A model generated the notes under the pieces. That model was not told the origin of the DNA and ran no database searches. It worked only from the letters and a program-made list of their open reading frames with translations. Below, piece by piece: positions 47,232 through 57,390 of a DNA stretch of 64,000 nucleotides. The DNA is from Puniceicoccaceae bacterium. Lineage in GTDB: Bacteria; Verrucomicrobiota; Verrucomicrobiia; Opitutales; Oceanipulchritudinaceae. How positions within the stretch are numbered: the first letter of the stretch is position 1; every line of letters starts with the position of its first letter. Made by a program: the position numbers and the translations under genes. Where the stretch lies: assembly GCA_040830765.1 (NCBI GenBank), contig JBFOMH010000017.1, positions 288,001 to 352,000 of the forward strand, given 5' to 3'.

Positions 47232-49787
47232 TCAAAACAGCTCCAGCTGGGGGAAATCCTCGCCAGGCTTGGCCTTTTTACGGGCCTTCATCCGCTGGCG
47301 AAGGATGTTGTGGCTGGAATCGTCATCTTCCAGGCGGCTGAGGATGACCTTGGCCCGGTTGATGACCGTGTCCGGCAAGCCGGCCAGCCGCGCCACTTGG
47401 ATTCCGTAGGAGCGGTCTGCGGCCCCGCGCTGAACCTGGCGAACGAAGATGATGGCATCGTTCCACTCCTTGACCGCGACACAGAAGTTCCGCACCCGGG
47501 ACAATTCGCCTTCAATCTGGGTCAGCTCGTGATAGTGGGTGGCAAAGAGGGTGCGCGGTCCTTTCTCACCCGTCCCGTGGAGGTGTTCGACGACCGCCCA
47601 GGCGATGCTGAGACCATCGTAGGTGCTCGTTCCCCGGCCAATCTCGTCAAGAATGATGAGGCTGCGGTCGGTGGCGTTGTTGAGGATGTTGGCAGTCTCG
47701 TTCATCTCCACCATGAAGGTGGAATTACCCTGGGCCAGCTCGTCGCTGGCTCCAACGCGCGAGAAGATCTTGTCCACGAGGCCGATGCGGCACCTGTTTG
47801 CAGGGACCCATGAACCGACCTGGGCCATCAGGGTGATGAGAGCGACCTGGCGGATGTAGGTGCTCTTACCGGCCATATTGGGACCGGTGATAATGGCCAT
47901 CTGGGCCTCTTCAGAACTGAGGAAGGTGTCGTTGGGGACAAAATCATGTTCGCCCGGCATCCCCTGCAGGCGCTGTTCCCGCATCATCTGCTCCACAACC
48001 GGATGCCGGCCACCTTCGACTTCGATGGTGTTGCTGCTGTCCAGTTCCGGGCAGGTGTAGTTCCATTCACGGGCAATCTGGGCCCAGCCGACAAAGAGGT
48101 CGATTTCCGCCAGGCAATGGGCGGTCTGCTCAAGAGCGTCCGCCTGAGCAAGGATTTCACCAACAAGTTCCAGGAACAGCTGTTCCTCCCGGGCAATGGC
48201 CTTTTCCTCGGCGCTGAGGATCTCCCGTTCTTTTTCCTTGAGGTCCGGGGTGTAGAAGCGTTCCGCATTGGTCATGGTCTGCTTGCGGATGTAGTCATCC
48301 GGGACATTGGCCAGATTGGATTTCCGGACCTCGATGAAATACCCGAAGGCGTTGTTGAATTTGACCTTCAGGGACTTGATCCCGGTGCGCTCAATCTCCG
48401 TTGCCTCGAAGGCGGCAATCCATTCGCGGGAATTACGGGTCAGGCCGCGGAGCCGGTCCAGTTCCTCATCAAAGCCGTCGGCAATGAACCCTCCCTCCTG
48501 AATCTGGTTGGGGAGGTTGTCGTTGAGGGCGCGATCAAGCAGATCCAGCAACTCGGGAAACAGGAGAAGATTCTGGCCAAGGTCGTTCAGTGAGGGGCTT
48601 TCGAAGGACTCGATGACCGAGCGGATGTGCGGAAGCTGGTGCAGGGTCTGCCGGATCGCTCCTGGTTCGCGGGGATTGCGGAGGCCGTTGCGGAGACGCC
48701 CGATAATCCGCGGCAAGTCGCGGACCCCCCGCAAGTATTCCTGCAACTCGGAGGCCAGCCCCGGGGCACTTAGGAATTCACCCACGGAGCGCTGACGACG
48801 CTGTAACTCCCCAAGGTCCAGTGGCGGCTCGGTGAGGCTGTGCTCGAGCAGGCGGGCTCCAGGCGCCGTGGTTGTCTTGTCCATCGCATGCAGCAGGGAT
48901 CCTTTACGGACGCCCTGGCTGGAGCGAAAAATCTCGAGATTACGCAGGGTCGCTGGATCAATCTGCAAGGTATCGCTGGAGCGGTATTCACGGATACGTC
49001 GGACATTCTCGGGCTGGGCACAGAGATTCTCCGTGGCATAGGCGAGGAGGGCCCCCGCTGGCCCAAGGCCCGGATGATCCACCGGGATGCCAAAGCCGTC
49101 GAGATTCATGACCCCAAGGGTCTGCATGACGACCTTGGCCCCTTCTCGAGGATCGAATTGCCATGGCATGAGGGTGGAATGGGTCCGACCCTCGATGAGG
49201 CGGCTGATTTCGTCGGACCAGCCTTCCAGTTCGTCATCCGCCCGCCACTTTTCCAGCGCTTCCTCGGGGAGGATGATTTCGCGGGGATCGAGGGCATGGA
49301 AGACGTTGATCAAATTGCTGAAGCCCGGGCTGGCGGCGATCTGGAACTCCCCGGTGGTAAGGTCCAGCCAGGCCGCGGCGAGGCCGGACTTGCCCCAGTT
49401 GCAGGCGAGTAGGAACTGGTTGCGACCGGCCTCGATGTGGTGATCCTCAAGGGTTGTTCCGGGCGTCAGGATGCGGGTCAGGGAGCGTTTGACGAGCTGG
49501 CCCGGCTTGGGGGCCTCCATTTGCTCGCAAATGGCCACCTTCTTACCGGCCTTGAGGCACTTCTGGATGTAGGCGTCGGCGGCGTGGTAAGGAATGCCGG
49601 CCATCGGTTGGCCATTCCGCTGGGTTAAGGTGATGCCGAGGATGTCCGACCCCATGCGGGCGTCCTCATCGAACATCTCGTAAAAGTCACCGAGACGGAA
49701 GAGCAGCAGGGTGTTGGTGGGCAATTTTGCCTTCACCTCCATATACTGCTGCATCATGGGGGTTAACTTTCGGGAAGAGGACGACAT
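47232..49787 (-). CDS. mutS: DNA mismatch repair protein MutS
   Basis: TPMMQQY, GDFYEMF, TGPNMAGKSTY, STFMVEM, DEIGRGTST, FATHYHEL, SYGIQVA. Start taken at ATG 49787. Confidence 0.97.
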   Translation of the reverse strand: MSSSSRKLTPMMQQYMEVKAKLPTNTLLLFRLGDFYEMFDEDARMGSDILGITLTQRNGQPMAGIPYHAADAYIQKCLKAGKKVAICEQMEAPKPGQLVKRSLTRILTPGTTLEDHHIEAGRNQFLLACNWGKSGLAAAWLDLTTGEFQIAASPGFSNLINVFHALDPREIILPEEALEKWRADDELEGWSDEISRLIEGRTHSTLMPWQFDPREGAKVVMQTLGVMNLDGFGIPVDHPGLGPAGALLAYATENLCAQPENVRRIREYRSSDTLQIDPATLRNLEIFRSSQGVRKGSLLHAMDKTTTAPGARLLEHSLTEPPLDLGELQRRQRSVGEFLSAPGLASELQEYLRGVRDLPRIIGRLRNGLRNPREPGAIRQTLHQLPHIRSVIESFESPSLNDLGQNLLLFPELLDLLDRALNDNLPNQIQEGGFIADGFDEELDRLRGLTRNSREWIAAFEATEIERTGIKSLKVKFNNAFGYFIEVRKSNLANVPDDYIRKQTMTNAERFYTPDLKEKEREILSAEEKAIAREEQLFLELVGEILAQADALEQTAHCLAEIDLFVGWAQIAREWNYTCPELDSSNTIEVEGGRHPVVEQMMREQRLQGMPGEHDFVPNDTFLSSEEAQMAIITGPNMAGKSTYIRQVALITLMAQVGSWVPANRCRIGLVDKIFSRVGASDELAQGNSTFMVEMNETANILNNATDRSLIILDEIGRGTSTYDGLSIAWAVVEHLHGTGEKGPRTLFATHYHELTQIEGELSRVRNFCVAVKEWNDAIIFVRQVQRGAADRSYGIQVARLAGLPDTVINRAKVILSRLEDDDSSHNILRQRMKARKKAKPGEDFPQLELF

Positions 49788-49895
49788 CCGGAACAGGCAG
49801 TCTTCAGGAAGGCTGGACAGAATCAATGAAAATTCCTGCCTCAAGAGTGGGAATTTAGGTTGTGCGGGGGCACCGGAACGCTTGAGACTTGGAGA

Positions 49896-50690
49896 ATGCA
49901 GACTGTGGAGCTTAAGCATCGCTTCCTGGGAGGAGAGGCTGATCAATCAGCACTTGTCCTCTTGCACGGCTTGCTGGGTTCCGCGCGCAACTGGCAAACG
50001 GCCGGTCGCGCCCTTGCCGATTCCCACAGGGTCTTTGTGCCGGATTTGCGCAACCATGGGGAAAGCCAGCATGCCCAGGAAATGGACTATTCTAACCTGG
50101 CTGCGGACGTGCTCGCCTGGATGGACCGGGAGGGAATCGGCAAAGCCAATATCGTTGGCCACAGCATGGGAGGGAAGGTGGCGATGTATCTGGCTTGCCG
50201 CTACAAGGAACGCTTCTCCTCCCTGACGGTTGTCGATATCGCCTGCCGGGCCTATCCGCCCCGATGGGAGAAGGAGTTCGCGGTCATGCAGGCGATGCCG
50301 GTAAAATCTTTCAGCCGCCGTCTGGAAGCCGAGGAATGGCTGGAGAAGGACATCCGTGATTGGGCCTTCCGGAAATTCCTGGTCAGCAACCTGGACCGGG
50401 ACCCTGAGGGTGGATTCCGCTGGATTGTTAACCTCGATATCCTCGAGGCGGCTTTGCCCAACCTCTTCCGGCAGGTACCGTCCGATGACCAGTCGTGGGA
50501 GGGGCCCGTCCTCTTCCTGCGCGGTGAGCAATCCCGCTTTTTCCTCGATGAGGATCTGGCGATGGCGCGGCGGTTTTTCCCTGCGGCAACCTTGCAAACG
50601 ATTGCCGATGCGGGGCATAATGTGCATTTCGACCAGCCTGCGGCCTTTGTGAAAGCCGTCCTGGAGCACGTTGGGAAGGCGGAAGGATGA
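49896..50690 (+). CDS. Alpha/beta hydrolase (YbfF-like esterase)
   Basis: LHGLLGS-x-x-NW, DLRNHG, GHSMGGK, AGHNVH; GGAG before ATG 49896. Confidence 0.9.
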   Translation: MQTVELKHRFLGGEADQSALVLLHGLLGSARNWQTAGRALADSHRVFVPDLRNHGESQHAQEMDYSNLAADVLAWMDREGIGKANIVGHSMGGKVAMYLACRYKERFSSLTVVDIACRAYPPRWEKEFAVMQAMPVKSFSRRLEAEEWLEKDIRDWAFRKFLVSNLDRDPEGGFRWIVNLDILEAALPNLFRQVPSDDQSWEGPVLFLRGEQSRFFLDEDLAMARRFFPAATLQTIADAGHNVHFDQPAAFVKAVLEHVGKAEG

Positions 50691-51709
50691 TTATCGGCAT
50701 CGAGAGTTCCTGTGATGAATCGGCCCTGGCCCTTTTTGATCCCGAGAGCGGATTCAAGGGCGAATGGGTCCATTCGCAGATCCTCAAACATCAGGCCTAT
50801 GGCGGGATTGTCCCGGATTTGGCCAGCCGGGAACATCTCGATAACTTCCCGATCCTGTTGAAGGAGCTGCTGCAAAAATATGAACCGGCTGAAGGAGACA
50901 CCTTGGCGGTGACCTCCGGTCCGGGGCTGGCAGGATGCCTCGCCCTTGGCATGACCGTTTCCCGGAGTCTTTCGCTGGCCTATGGATTGGAAATCCTCGG
51001 CGTTAACCACCTGAGGGGACACGCCTTTTCACCCTTCATCGAATTGCATGCCGAAGATCCGCAAGCCTTCGGGGAGCGGTTCAAGGAGCAGTTGCCACAC
51101 CTCGGGCTGATTGTCTCGGGGGGGAATACGGTGCTGTTCGGGATTGATGAGTCTGGTCACCTCTCAGTTCTGGCAAACACGGTTGATGATGCGGCTGGTG
51201 AAGCACTCGACAAGGGAGCCAAGCTGCTGGGGATGCCTTACCCGGGCGGTCCCCTGATCGAGGAAAAGGCAAGTGGAGGCAATACCAGGGCCTTTGACTT
51301 TCCACGCGCCTTTCCAAGTTCCACCGATTCCCGCTTTTCCTTTTCCGGACTCAAGACCAGCCTGCGCTATCTGCTGGAGAAATTGGATGATGCCGAACTG
51401 GAAGAGAGCCTGTCCGACATTTGTGCCAGTTACCAGCAGGCAGTCGTGGATGCCCTTATCCGCAAGACCGGCCACTTGCTGAAGCGGGGCGGGTGGAGGA
51501 GCTTGGGGCTGTCCGGGGGAGTTGCCAATAATACCTGCCTCCGGGAAGCATTCCGGAAACTGGGCCACTCCCATCGTCTGCCGGTATATATTGCCCGGCC
51601 TGCCCATACCGGGGATAACGCCGCGATGATTGCCTTTGCGGCCTATATCGACCGAACGGGATGCCTTCACGATCCACCGGCCTTCGATCCATCTTGGGAA
51701 CTTGCTTGA
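50687..51709 (+). CDS. tsaD: tRNA threonylcarbamoyladenosine synthase subunit TsaD
   Basis: GIESSCDE, GGIVPDLASREH, GPGL, NHLRGH, DDAAGEALDK, FSFSGLKT, GGVANN, DNAAMIA. Confidence 0.93.
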   Translation: MIIGIESSCDESALALFDPESGFKGEWVHSQILKHQAYGGIVPDLASREHLDNFPILLKELLQKYEPAEGDTLAVTSGPGLAGCLALGMTVSRSLSLAYGLEILGVNHLRGHAFSPFIELHAEDPQAFGERFKEQLPHLGLIVSGGNTVLFGIDESGHLSVLANTVDDAAGEALDKGAKLLGMPYPGGPLIEEKASGGNTRAFDFPRAFPSSTDSRFSFSGLKTSLRYLLEKLDDAELEESLSDICASYQQAVVDALIRKTGHLLKRGGWRSLGLSGGVANNTCLREAFRKLGHSHRLPVYIARPAHTGDNAAMIAFAAYIDRTGCLHDPPAFDPSWELA

Positions 51710-51741
51710 TCGGGCATCTGATTTCACCAAGCTGAAACCCT

Positions 51742-52167
51742 ATGGGTCAGGACTTGGAAGAGGGCACCTCGCTGGAACTTGATTTTGACAAGCTGCGAAA
51801 GGTTGTCGCCACGGCACCGGATGTCATCCCGGCCGTTGCCCAGGATGTGGATTCCGGGCGGGTGCTGATCATCGGATATGTCAACGAGGAGGCATTGCAG
51901 ACTGCCCTCGAGAAGAAGGTGGCCGTTTTCTGGAGTACCAGCCGTAATGCCTTGTGGATAAAGGGTGCAACCAGTGGGGACTTTCTGGAGTTGGTGGAGA
52001 CGCGTGTGAATTGCGAACAGAACTCCATCCTTTACCGTGTCCGTCCCAAGGGAACGGGCGCCTGCCACACCCGCGATGAGTCAGGGAAAAGCCGTTCTTC
52101 CTGCTATTACCGGGTAATCGAGAACGGGCAGCTGCGGCATGTCCCCTATGCATCCAGTGAAAAGTGA
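51742..52167 (+). CDS. hisI: Phosphoribosyl-AMP cyclohydrolase
   Basis: PAVAQD, FWSTSRNALWIKGATSG, GACHT...SCYYR. Confidence 0.88.
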   Translation: MGQDLEEGTSLELDFDKLRKVVATAPDVIPAVAQDVDSGRVLIIGYVNEEALQTALEKKVAVFWSTSRNALWIKGATSGDFLELVETRVNCEQNSILYRVRPKGTGACHTRDESGKSRSSCYYRVIENGQLRHVPYASSEK

Positions 52168-52189
52168 GAAAGGTTCCAGGCGGTAGGGC

Positions 52190-53332
52190 ATGGGTTCCTC
52201 CGACAAGAAAAGTGGCCGGCAGCCCATAGACTGGGCGGATCCAGGCTATTTCTCCGGTGATTCCCGTGTCGGCAACACAGTCCGGGTGCTGGTGCAACTG
52301 ATCCGTCCACCGAAGGGACACCGGACTTTGCCAACCCGCACCGGGGGAATGCTGATCGCCGTGACCATTGGCGTCGGCACGGCCGCATTCAATACGGGAC
52401 AAAATATTCTCTATCTCGCCCTCTCGATGCTGCTGAGCACGCTTCTGGTCAGTGGCATTCTCAGTTGGATGAATTTCAAGGGCTGCCGCTGGCGCTTGGA
52501 GACCGGTCGGCATTTCCGGGTTGGTGAGACCAGCCCGGTCTATCTGGAGTTGGAAAACACCAAGAAGCGTCTGCCGAGCTACTCGCTGACATTCATGGTT
52601 GCTGCCAGCCGGAGCGGCTTGAGCGAGAACCTCTCCTTGCGGGAGCGCCTCGATCCCGGGAAGTCGATCCGCCTGCAATGGGATTTCAAGCCTGAGCGAC
52701 GGGGCCGGGAAACTCTCAACCTGGTGGGACTGGTGTCGCGATATCCCTTTGGGTTCTTGAAGAAGTCCATCAGCGACAGTTTTTCAAAGGACATCATTGT
52801 CTGGCCTGCCCGCTTAGCTTATCAATTCGGTGGAGACAAGTCCGGCCGTCGCTGGCTTTATGGCCAACACCGGAGACGGGGTGAAGGCGTCGACCTGGTT
52901 CATGTGCGCGGGTACCGCAGTGGAGACCCATTGAAGAAGATCCACTGGAAAGCCTCCGCCCGGATGGGAAACCTGCAGGTCAGGGAAACGGAACAGGAGC
53001 ATCATCAGGCCTTTAAATTATTCATCGATCCATCGCCCCACCTGTGGAAAGAAGAAGCTGCATTCGAGCGCATGTGCGCCTTCGCGGCCAGTCTGGCGGA
53101 AGACCTTTACCAGCGGGACCAGCTGCGCTCCGGTCAGGTGGCCGGTTGCGAACCGGTCTCCGTCGGGGCCATCGAGGATTTGTACAGTTTCCTGGATGAG
53201 CTGGGAAGTTTGGAACGGAAACCAGTGGAAGGTGACCAGCGCCCGGCAGCAGGGACAGCAATCCAATTCATTCCCGGTCCGGCTGGGACGGTACTCGCAA
53301 AACTGGGGGAGGTAACCGTTGGCCAAGCTTGA
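52190..53332 (+). CDS. DUF58 domain membrane protein
   Basis: Two N-terminal TM helices (AAFNTGQNILY), YPFGF, R-x-Y-x-x-GDP-x-x-x-IHWKASAR. Confidence 0.88.
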   Translation: MGSSDKKSGRQPIDWADPGYFSGDSRVGNTVRVLVQLIRPPKGHRTLPTRTGGMLIAVTIGVGTAAFNTGQNILYLALSMLLSTLLVSGILSWMNFKGCRWRLETGRHFRVGETSPVYLELENTKKRLPSYSLTFMVAASRSGLSENLSLRERLDPGKSIRLQWDFKPERRGRETLNLVGLVSRYPFGFLKKSISDSFSKDIIVWPARLAYQFGGDKSGRRWLYGQHRRRGEGVDLVHVRGYRSGDPLKKIHWKASARMGNLQVRETEQEHHQAFKLFIDPSPHLWKEEAAFERMCAFAASLAEDLYQRDQLRSGQVAGCEPVSVGAIEDLYSFLDELGSLERKPVEGDQRPAAGTAIQFIPGPAGTVLAKLGEVTVGQA

Positions 53333-55493
53333 AAGCAGGGAACTGGCGGCCATTCGTTGGCTGATGGGGCAATTACTGGTCCTGATCAGTTTGTCGGGGA
53401 GTTATTCCCTCGACCTGGGTGCTGACTTTCTCATTACGGCGGGAATCGGACTGACAGTAATGGCCTGTCTTTTTCCGCGAGTTGCGGAGCGCATACCATC
53501 CCTGTTCTGGAACATTTCCCCCTTCATCCTCCTGATCCTGATCATCAGTGATTTCGTCCTTGGAGGAGGGGACATCCTGCCGCCACTTTTCCGCATGGTG
53601 CTGGTGCTGACGCTTTACCGGACTCTGCAGATCAGGACCCCGAGGGAGGACTTGCAGCTCCTCCTGCTGGCGCTGTTCCTGCTCATCCTGACGGGTGTAC
53701 TGAGCCAGGAAATCACCTTTGGCCTGCAAATGTTGCTCTTTGCCCCATTGGCCATGGGGCAGCTCTTTGTCGTCAACCTCTCAACGGACCAATCCGGCAA
53801 GGGCCCGACTCCAAAGCGCGTACCGGTATTTGAGAATTTCAGTTGGCGGCAACTGTTCCGTCATGTCTGGGAACGGTTTGATCGACGTACCCTGGCCGCC
53901 GGGTGCCTGCTTTTCCTCCTGACAACCGGAATGGCCCTTCTGCTGTTCATTTTGTTGCCCCGTTTTGATCTCGGGGCAGCCCTGCCGTTTCCTCGCCTGC
54001 AGACCGGCCAAAGCCTTTCCGGTTTCACGGACAACGTCAGTTACGGTGACGTGGTCAGCATCCTTGATGATGATTCCATCGCCATGCGGGTTGACGTCCA
54101 GGCCGAGCAACCACCAGCCCGTCCCTACTGGCGTATGGTGGTACTCGATGCCTACCATGCCGGAGGTTTCATGGTCTCACCAGCGGTGGCCCGCGATCGG
54201 CGCCAGGTACAAAACTATCGTTTCTCCTTCGAATTACCCTCGGGAAGAACGCGGTCACCTTCCACATGGACCCTTTACCTTGAGGGAGGCATCAGCGCTT
54301 ATCTTCCCGCAGGAGACTCCTTCAGCTCACTTCGGTTCCGGAACCGAACGAGTCTGGAGATCCACGACTTGACCCGGGTCTACAAGACGATCCGGACCAA
54401 TGCCAATACCTTGTCCTTACGCTATGAGAACATGGGATTCGAAGGGGTCCTTCCACCGGGTGCCGAAGACTGGCGACTCCCCGGCATGCAACGCCTGATT
54501 ACGGACACATCGTCCCCGGATTACCTCAGTGATGTCACCTATCCGCAAACACTGCTGACCTTTCCGGAAGGCGAGGCGAATGTGCGCATCATGCGCAAGA
54601 TCCTCCGGGCAACAGGATTTGAACGGGGAATGCCGGTGACAGAGTTTGCGCAGCGGGTGGCCGCGTATCTTCAGCAGGAGCACGACTATGGACTGCAGAG
54701 CACCATCCCGGGAGGGGAAGCAGACCGGTTGCTCCGCTGGGTCGATTCGGATGGCCCGGGTCATTGTGAACTTTTCGCCGGGGCCTTTGTCCTCATTGCC
54801 CGCTACGCCGGATACCCGTCCCGCCTCGTTACGGGTTTTGCCGGCGGGGACTGGAACGGATTCGAGAACTACTACATGGTCCGGAACCGGCATGCCCATG
54901 CCTGGTGCGAAGTCTATGATCCAGAGGCTGGCTGGTTGCGTATCGATCCGACGCCCGGCAGTGGATCGGCTGAGGGTTCCGTTGCCTCGGCCCTCTCGGG
55001 AGGGCGCCTTTTTGCCGATCGAACCTGGCAAGCCTATCTGGACAGTTTGCGCATCCTCTGGTTCCGGCGGGTCATTCAGTTCGACAGTGATGACCAGGCG
55101 GAGATGGCGGATGTAGTCAAGGGGGCCGGTGCCCGGGGACTGGATTGGGTAACCCAGCAATTCAAGTATTGGAGGGAGCGGTTTCGCTCAGATGTGGAAG
55201 CCTTCTCCAGCCGGGGTGAAATTTCCGGCCTGCTTAGGGACGTGGCCATGCCGCTGGCGATGGTGGTCCTGGTCGTGGTGCTTTTACTGATGCTGCGCCG
55301 CCGTTCCCGTCGACTGGGATTCGAACAAATCATGAGAAGGAAGGCGGGTCGCGTGTTGCAGCAGCGGCAGTTGCGGCAGCTGCCGGTTGACAGGCCTGAG
55401 CACCGGGAAGTGCAATTGATTCGCTTTGGTCCGGTTACCGAGTGGCCGGAGGATCCCGGCAAGCGACTGGCGCAAATTTCCCGCCAGCGATGA
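53319..55493 (+). CDS. TgpA-like membrane transglutaminase (DUF3488 + transglutaminase-like domain)
   Basis: Multi-TM N-terminus, PYWR, triad GHCELFA / HAWCEV / IDPTP; TTG start overlaps DUF58. Confidence 0.88.
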   Translation: MAKLESRELAAIRWLMGQLLVLISLSGSYSLDLGADFLITAGIGLTVMACLFPRVAERIPSLFWNISPFILLILIISDFVLGGGDILPPLFRMVLVLTLYRTLQIRTPREDLQLLLLALFLLILTGVLSQEITFGLQMLLFAPLAMGQLFVVNLSTDQSGKGPTPKRVPVFENFSWRQLFRHVWERFDRRTLAAGCLLFLLTTGMALLLFILLPRFDLGAALPFPRLQTGQSLSGFTDNVSYGDVVSILDDDSIAMRVDVQAEQPPARPYWRMVVLDAYHAGGFMVSPAVARDRRQVQNYRFSFELPSGRTRSPSTWTLYLEGGISAYLPAGDSFSSLRFRNRTSLEIHDLTRVYKTIRTNANTLSLRYENMGFEGVLPPGAEDWRLPGMQRLITDTSSPDYLSDVTYPQTLLTFPEGEANVRIMRKILRATGFERGMPVTEFAQRVAAYLQQEHDYGLQSTIPGGEADRLLRWVDSDGPGHCELFAGAFVLIARYAGYPSRLVTGFAGGDWNGFENYYMVRNRHAHAWCEVYDPEAGWLRIDPTPGSGSAEGSVASALSGGRLFADRTWQAYLDSLRILWFRRVIQFDSDDQAEMADVVKGAGARGLDWVTQQFKYWRERFRSDVEAFSSRGEISGLLRDVAMPLAMVVLVVVLLLMLRRRSRRLGFEQIMRRKAGRVLQQRQLRQLPVDRPEHREVQLIRFGPVTEWPEDPGKRLAQISRQR

Positions 55494-55497
55494 GCTG

Positions 55498-57381
55498 CTA
55501 GAAACCCAGGAATTCCTGGAATACCGCCTTGGCAATCGGGGCGGCTGTTGAACCACCGCCATACTCAATCTCCTGCTCGGGAACCCCTTCGATCATGACC
55601 GCGACAGCAATGCGTGGGTTCTCCACCGGGGCATAACCGACAAACCAGGCCAGTGTTGTTGGCCGACCATCCTTGCGAACCTGGGCCGTGCCGGTCTTTC
55701 CGGCGACCGGCATCCCCGGTTTGCCCGCCAGCCGGGCGGTTCCCCGCTCCCCGGCCAGTCTCATGCCTTCCTTGATCAAGGCCAGTTGATCCGCATAAAG
55801 GCTGATCGGACCTTCAACCTGCGCGGGGCCCTGGTCATGGAGTAGGGTGGGTTGCAGGAATGTTGTTTGCCGGGCCAGGGATGCGGCGAAGGTAGCCATT
55901 TGCATGGGAGTGAGAAGCAGAAAACCCTGTCCTATGGACATGTTTGCGGTGTCACCGGCAAACCAGCCCTCGCCGTAAAACCGGCCGGCTTTCCACTCCG
56001 GGTCAGGGACCAGCATGCGGCGGGTTTCAGCGGGCAATTCGATTCCCGTCGGCTGATCCAGATGAAACCGCCTTGCTTCGTTGGCAATGGACCAGACCCC
56101 GGCTTCAGTTCCGGTATTGTAGAAGAATACATTGCAACTGTCGCGGATGGCCCCAATGAGGTTCTCATCCCCATGGCCGTTAAGGCGGTGACACTTGAAA
56201 ACCCGTTTGCCCACAAGGTGGTATCCGGGACAGAAGATTTCCGTTTCTGCGTCGACGACGCCTTCGCGCAGCACGGCCATCGCCGTGATCAGCTTGAATG
56301 TCGATCCGGGCGGGTAGAGGCCCTGAATAGCCCGGTTGAGCCAGGCACCCTTTTCGCGAATTTCCTCATCGACGGCAAAACTGATGTAGGGGGAGAGATC
56401 GTTGAGGTCGTAAGCCGGACGACTGGCCAGGGCCAGGACTTCTCCGGTCTCGATTTCAATGGCCACGAGGGCACCTGTCTTGTCCCGCATCGCCTGTTCG
56501 GCAGCCAGTTGAATGTCGATATCAAGGGAAACGGAGAGATCCTTTCCCTTGCCCGGTTGCTCGTGGAGGACCCGCTCGTATTGGAATCCGCTTGGATCGA
56601 CAGTCCAGATTTCACCTCCAGTCTGCCCCTGGAGGTGATCATTAAAGGCTTTCTCAAGGCCACTGCGGCCAATTTGACCTGAATTCCGGAAGGTCAACAA
56701 GGTGTCACCGGGAAGGCTGCCTTCCGGGAATTCGGTACTGTCTGAGACAAACCCGAGGGTATGGGCCGCGGCCTCGGAATAGGGATACCAACGAGCGGTT
56801 CCGGAAATGATTTGGATGGGGGAGTCGACCGGGATCTGCTCAATCAACTGCGCATAGTCCTCCGGAGAGAGGTCCTTGATAAGCGGGAAGGGAAGCAGGA
56901 GCGACTGGGAGAAGTGGCGTTCAATGTCCTTGGATTCAACTTCCACTTCCTCACCCAGAAGCAGGTTGAGGCGGTTCAGGTACCGCTGGACAACATTCTT
57001 CCGGGCGGTGGTATTCATGGTATAGCGGTCCGGATTGAGGCCCAGATCCCGCTGGCGGCGGACGAGTGTGTAATACTCCTCCCGGAATTCCGCCCGCAGC
57101 TCGTTGAGGTAGACGACGGCTGAAAAGAGGGGCCGGTTGCCCACCAGAACCTTGCCATTGCGGTCGTAGATGATCCCTCTCGGACCTGGCATGAGGATAC
57201 GCCGGTAATTCTGCCGTTCCGCCGCAGCGGCAAATGCTTCCCGCTGGATCAACTGGCGGTAGCCCAATCCCGCCAGCAAGGCGATCATGCAGATACCGAT
57301 GACAAGATAGAGCAGATAAAGCCGCGTATTGACATTTGGGTCCGGCCGGTCGGAAGACTTCCTGTATACCTTTTGTATCAT
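55498..57381 (-). CDS. mrdA: Penicillin-binding protein 2
   Basis: RG-x-I-x-DRNG, PGSTFK (SxxK), SCN (SxN), GKTGTAQ (KTG); follows mreBCD. Confidence 0.93.
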   Translation of the reverse strand: MIQKVYRKSSDRPDPNVNTRLYLLYLVIGICMIALLAGLGYRQLIQREAFAAAAERQNYRRILMPGPRGIIYDRNGKVLVGNRPLFSAVVYLNELRAEFREEYYTLVRRQRDLGLNPDRYTMNTTARKNVVQRYLNRLNLLLGEEVEVESKDIERHFSQSLLLPFPLIKDLSPEDYAQLIEQIPVDSPIQIISGTARWYPYSEAAAHTLGFVSDSTEFPEGSLPGDTLLTFRNSGQIGRSGLEKAFNDHLQGQTGGEIWTVDPSGFQYERVLHEQPGKGKDLSVSLDIDIQLAAEQAMRDKTGALVAIEIETGEVLALASRPAYDLNDLSPYISFAVDEEIREKGAWLNRAIQGLYPPGSTFKLITAMAVLREGVVDAETEIFCPGYHLVGKRVFKCHRLNGHGDENLIGAIRDSCNVFFYNTGTEAGVWSIANEARRFHLDQPTGIELPAETRRMLVPDPEWKAGRFYGEGWFAGDTANMSIGQGFLLLTPMQMATFAASLARQTTFLQPTLLHDQGPAQVEGPISLYADQLALIKEGMRLAGERGTARLAGKPGMPVAGKTGTAQVRKDGRPTTLAWFVGYAPVENPRIAVAVMIEGVPEQEIEYGGGSTAAPIAKAVFQEFLGF

Positions 57382-57390
57382 GCCAGGTAA

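Noticed and set aside
51118..51124. G7 tract in tsaD as a phase-variation site
   Set aside because: It is short, in frame, encodes the conserved SGG motif, and lies in a normally essential gene.
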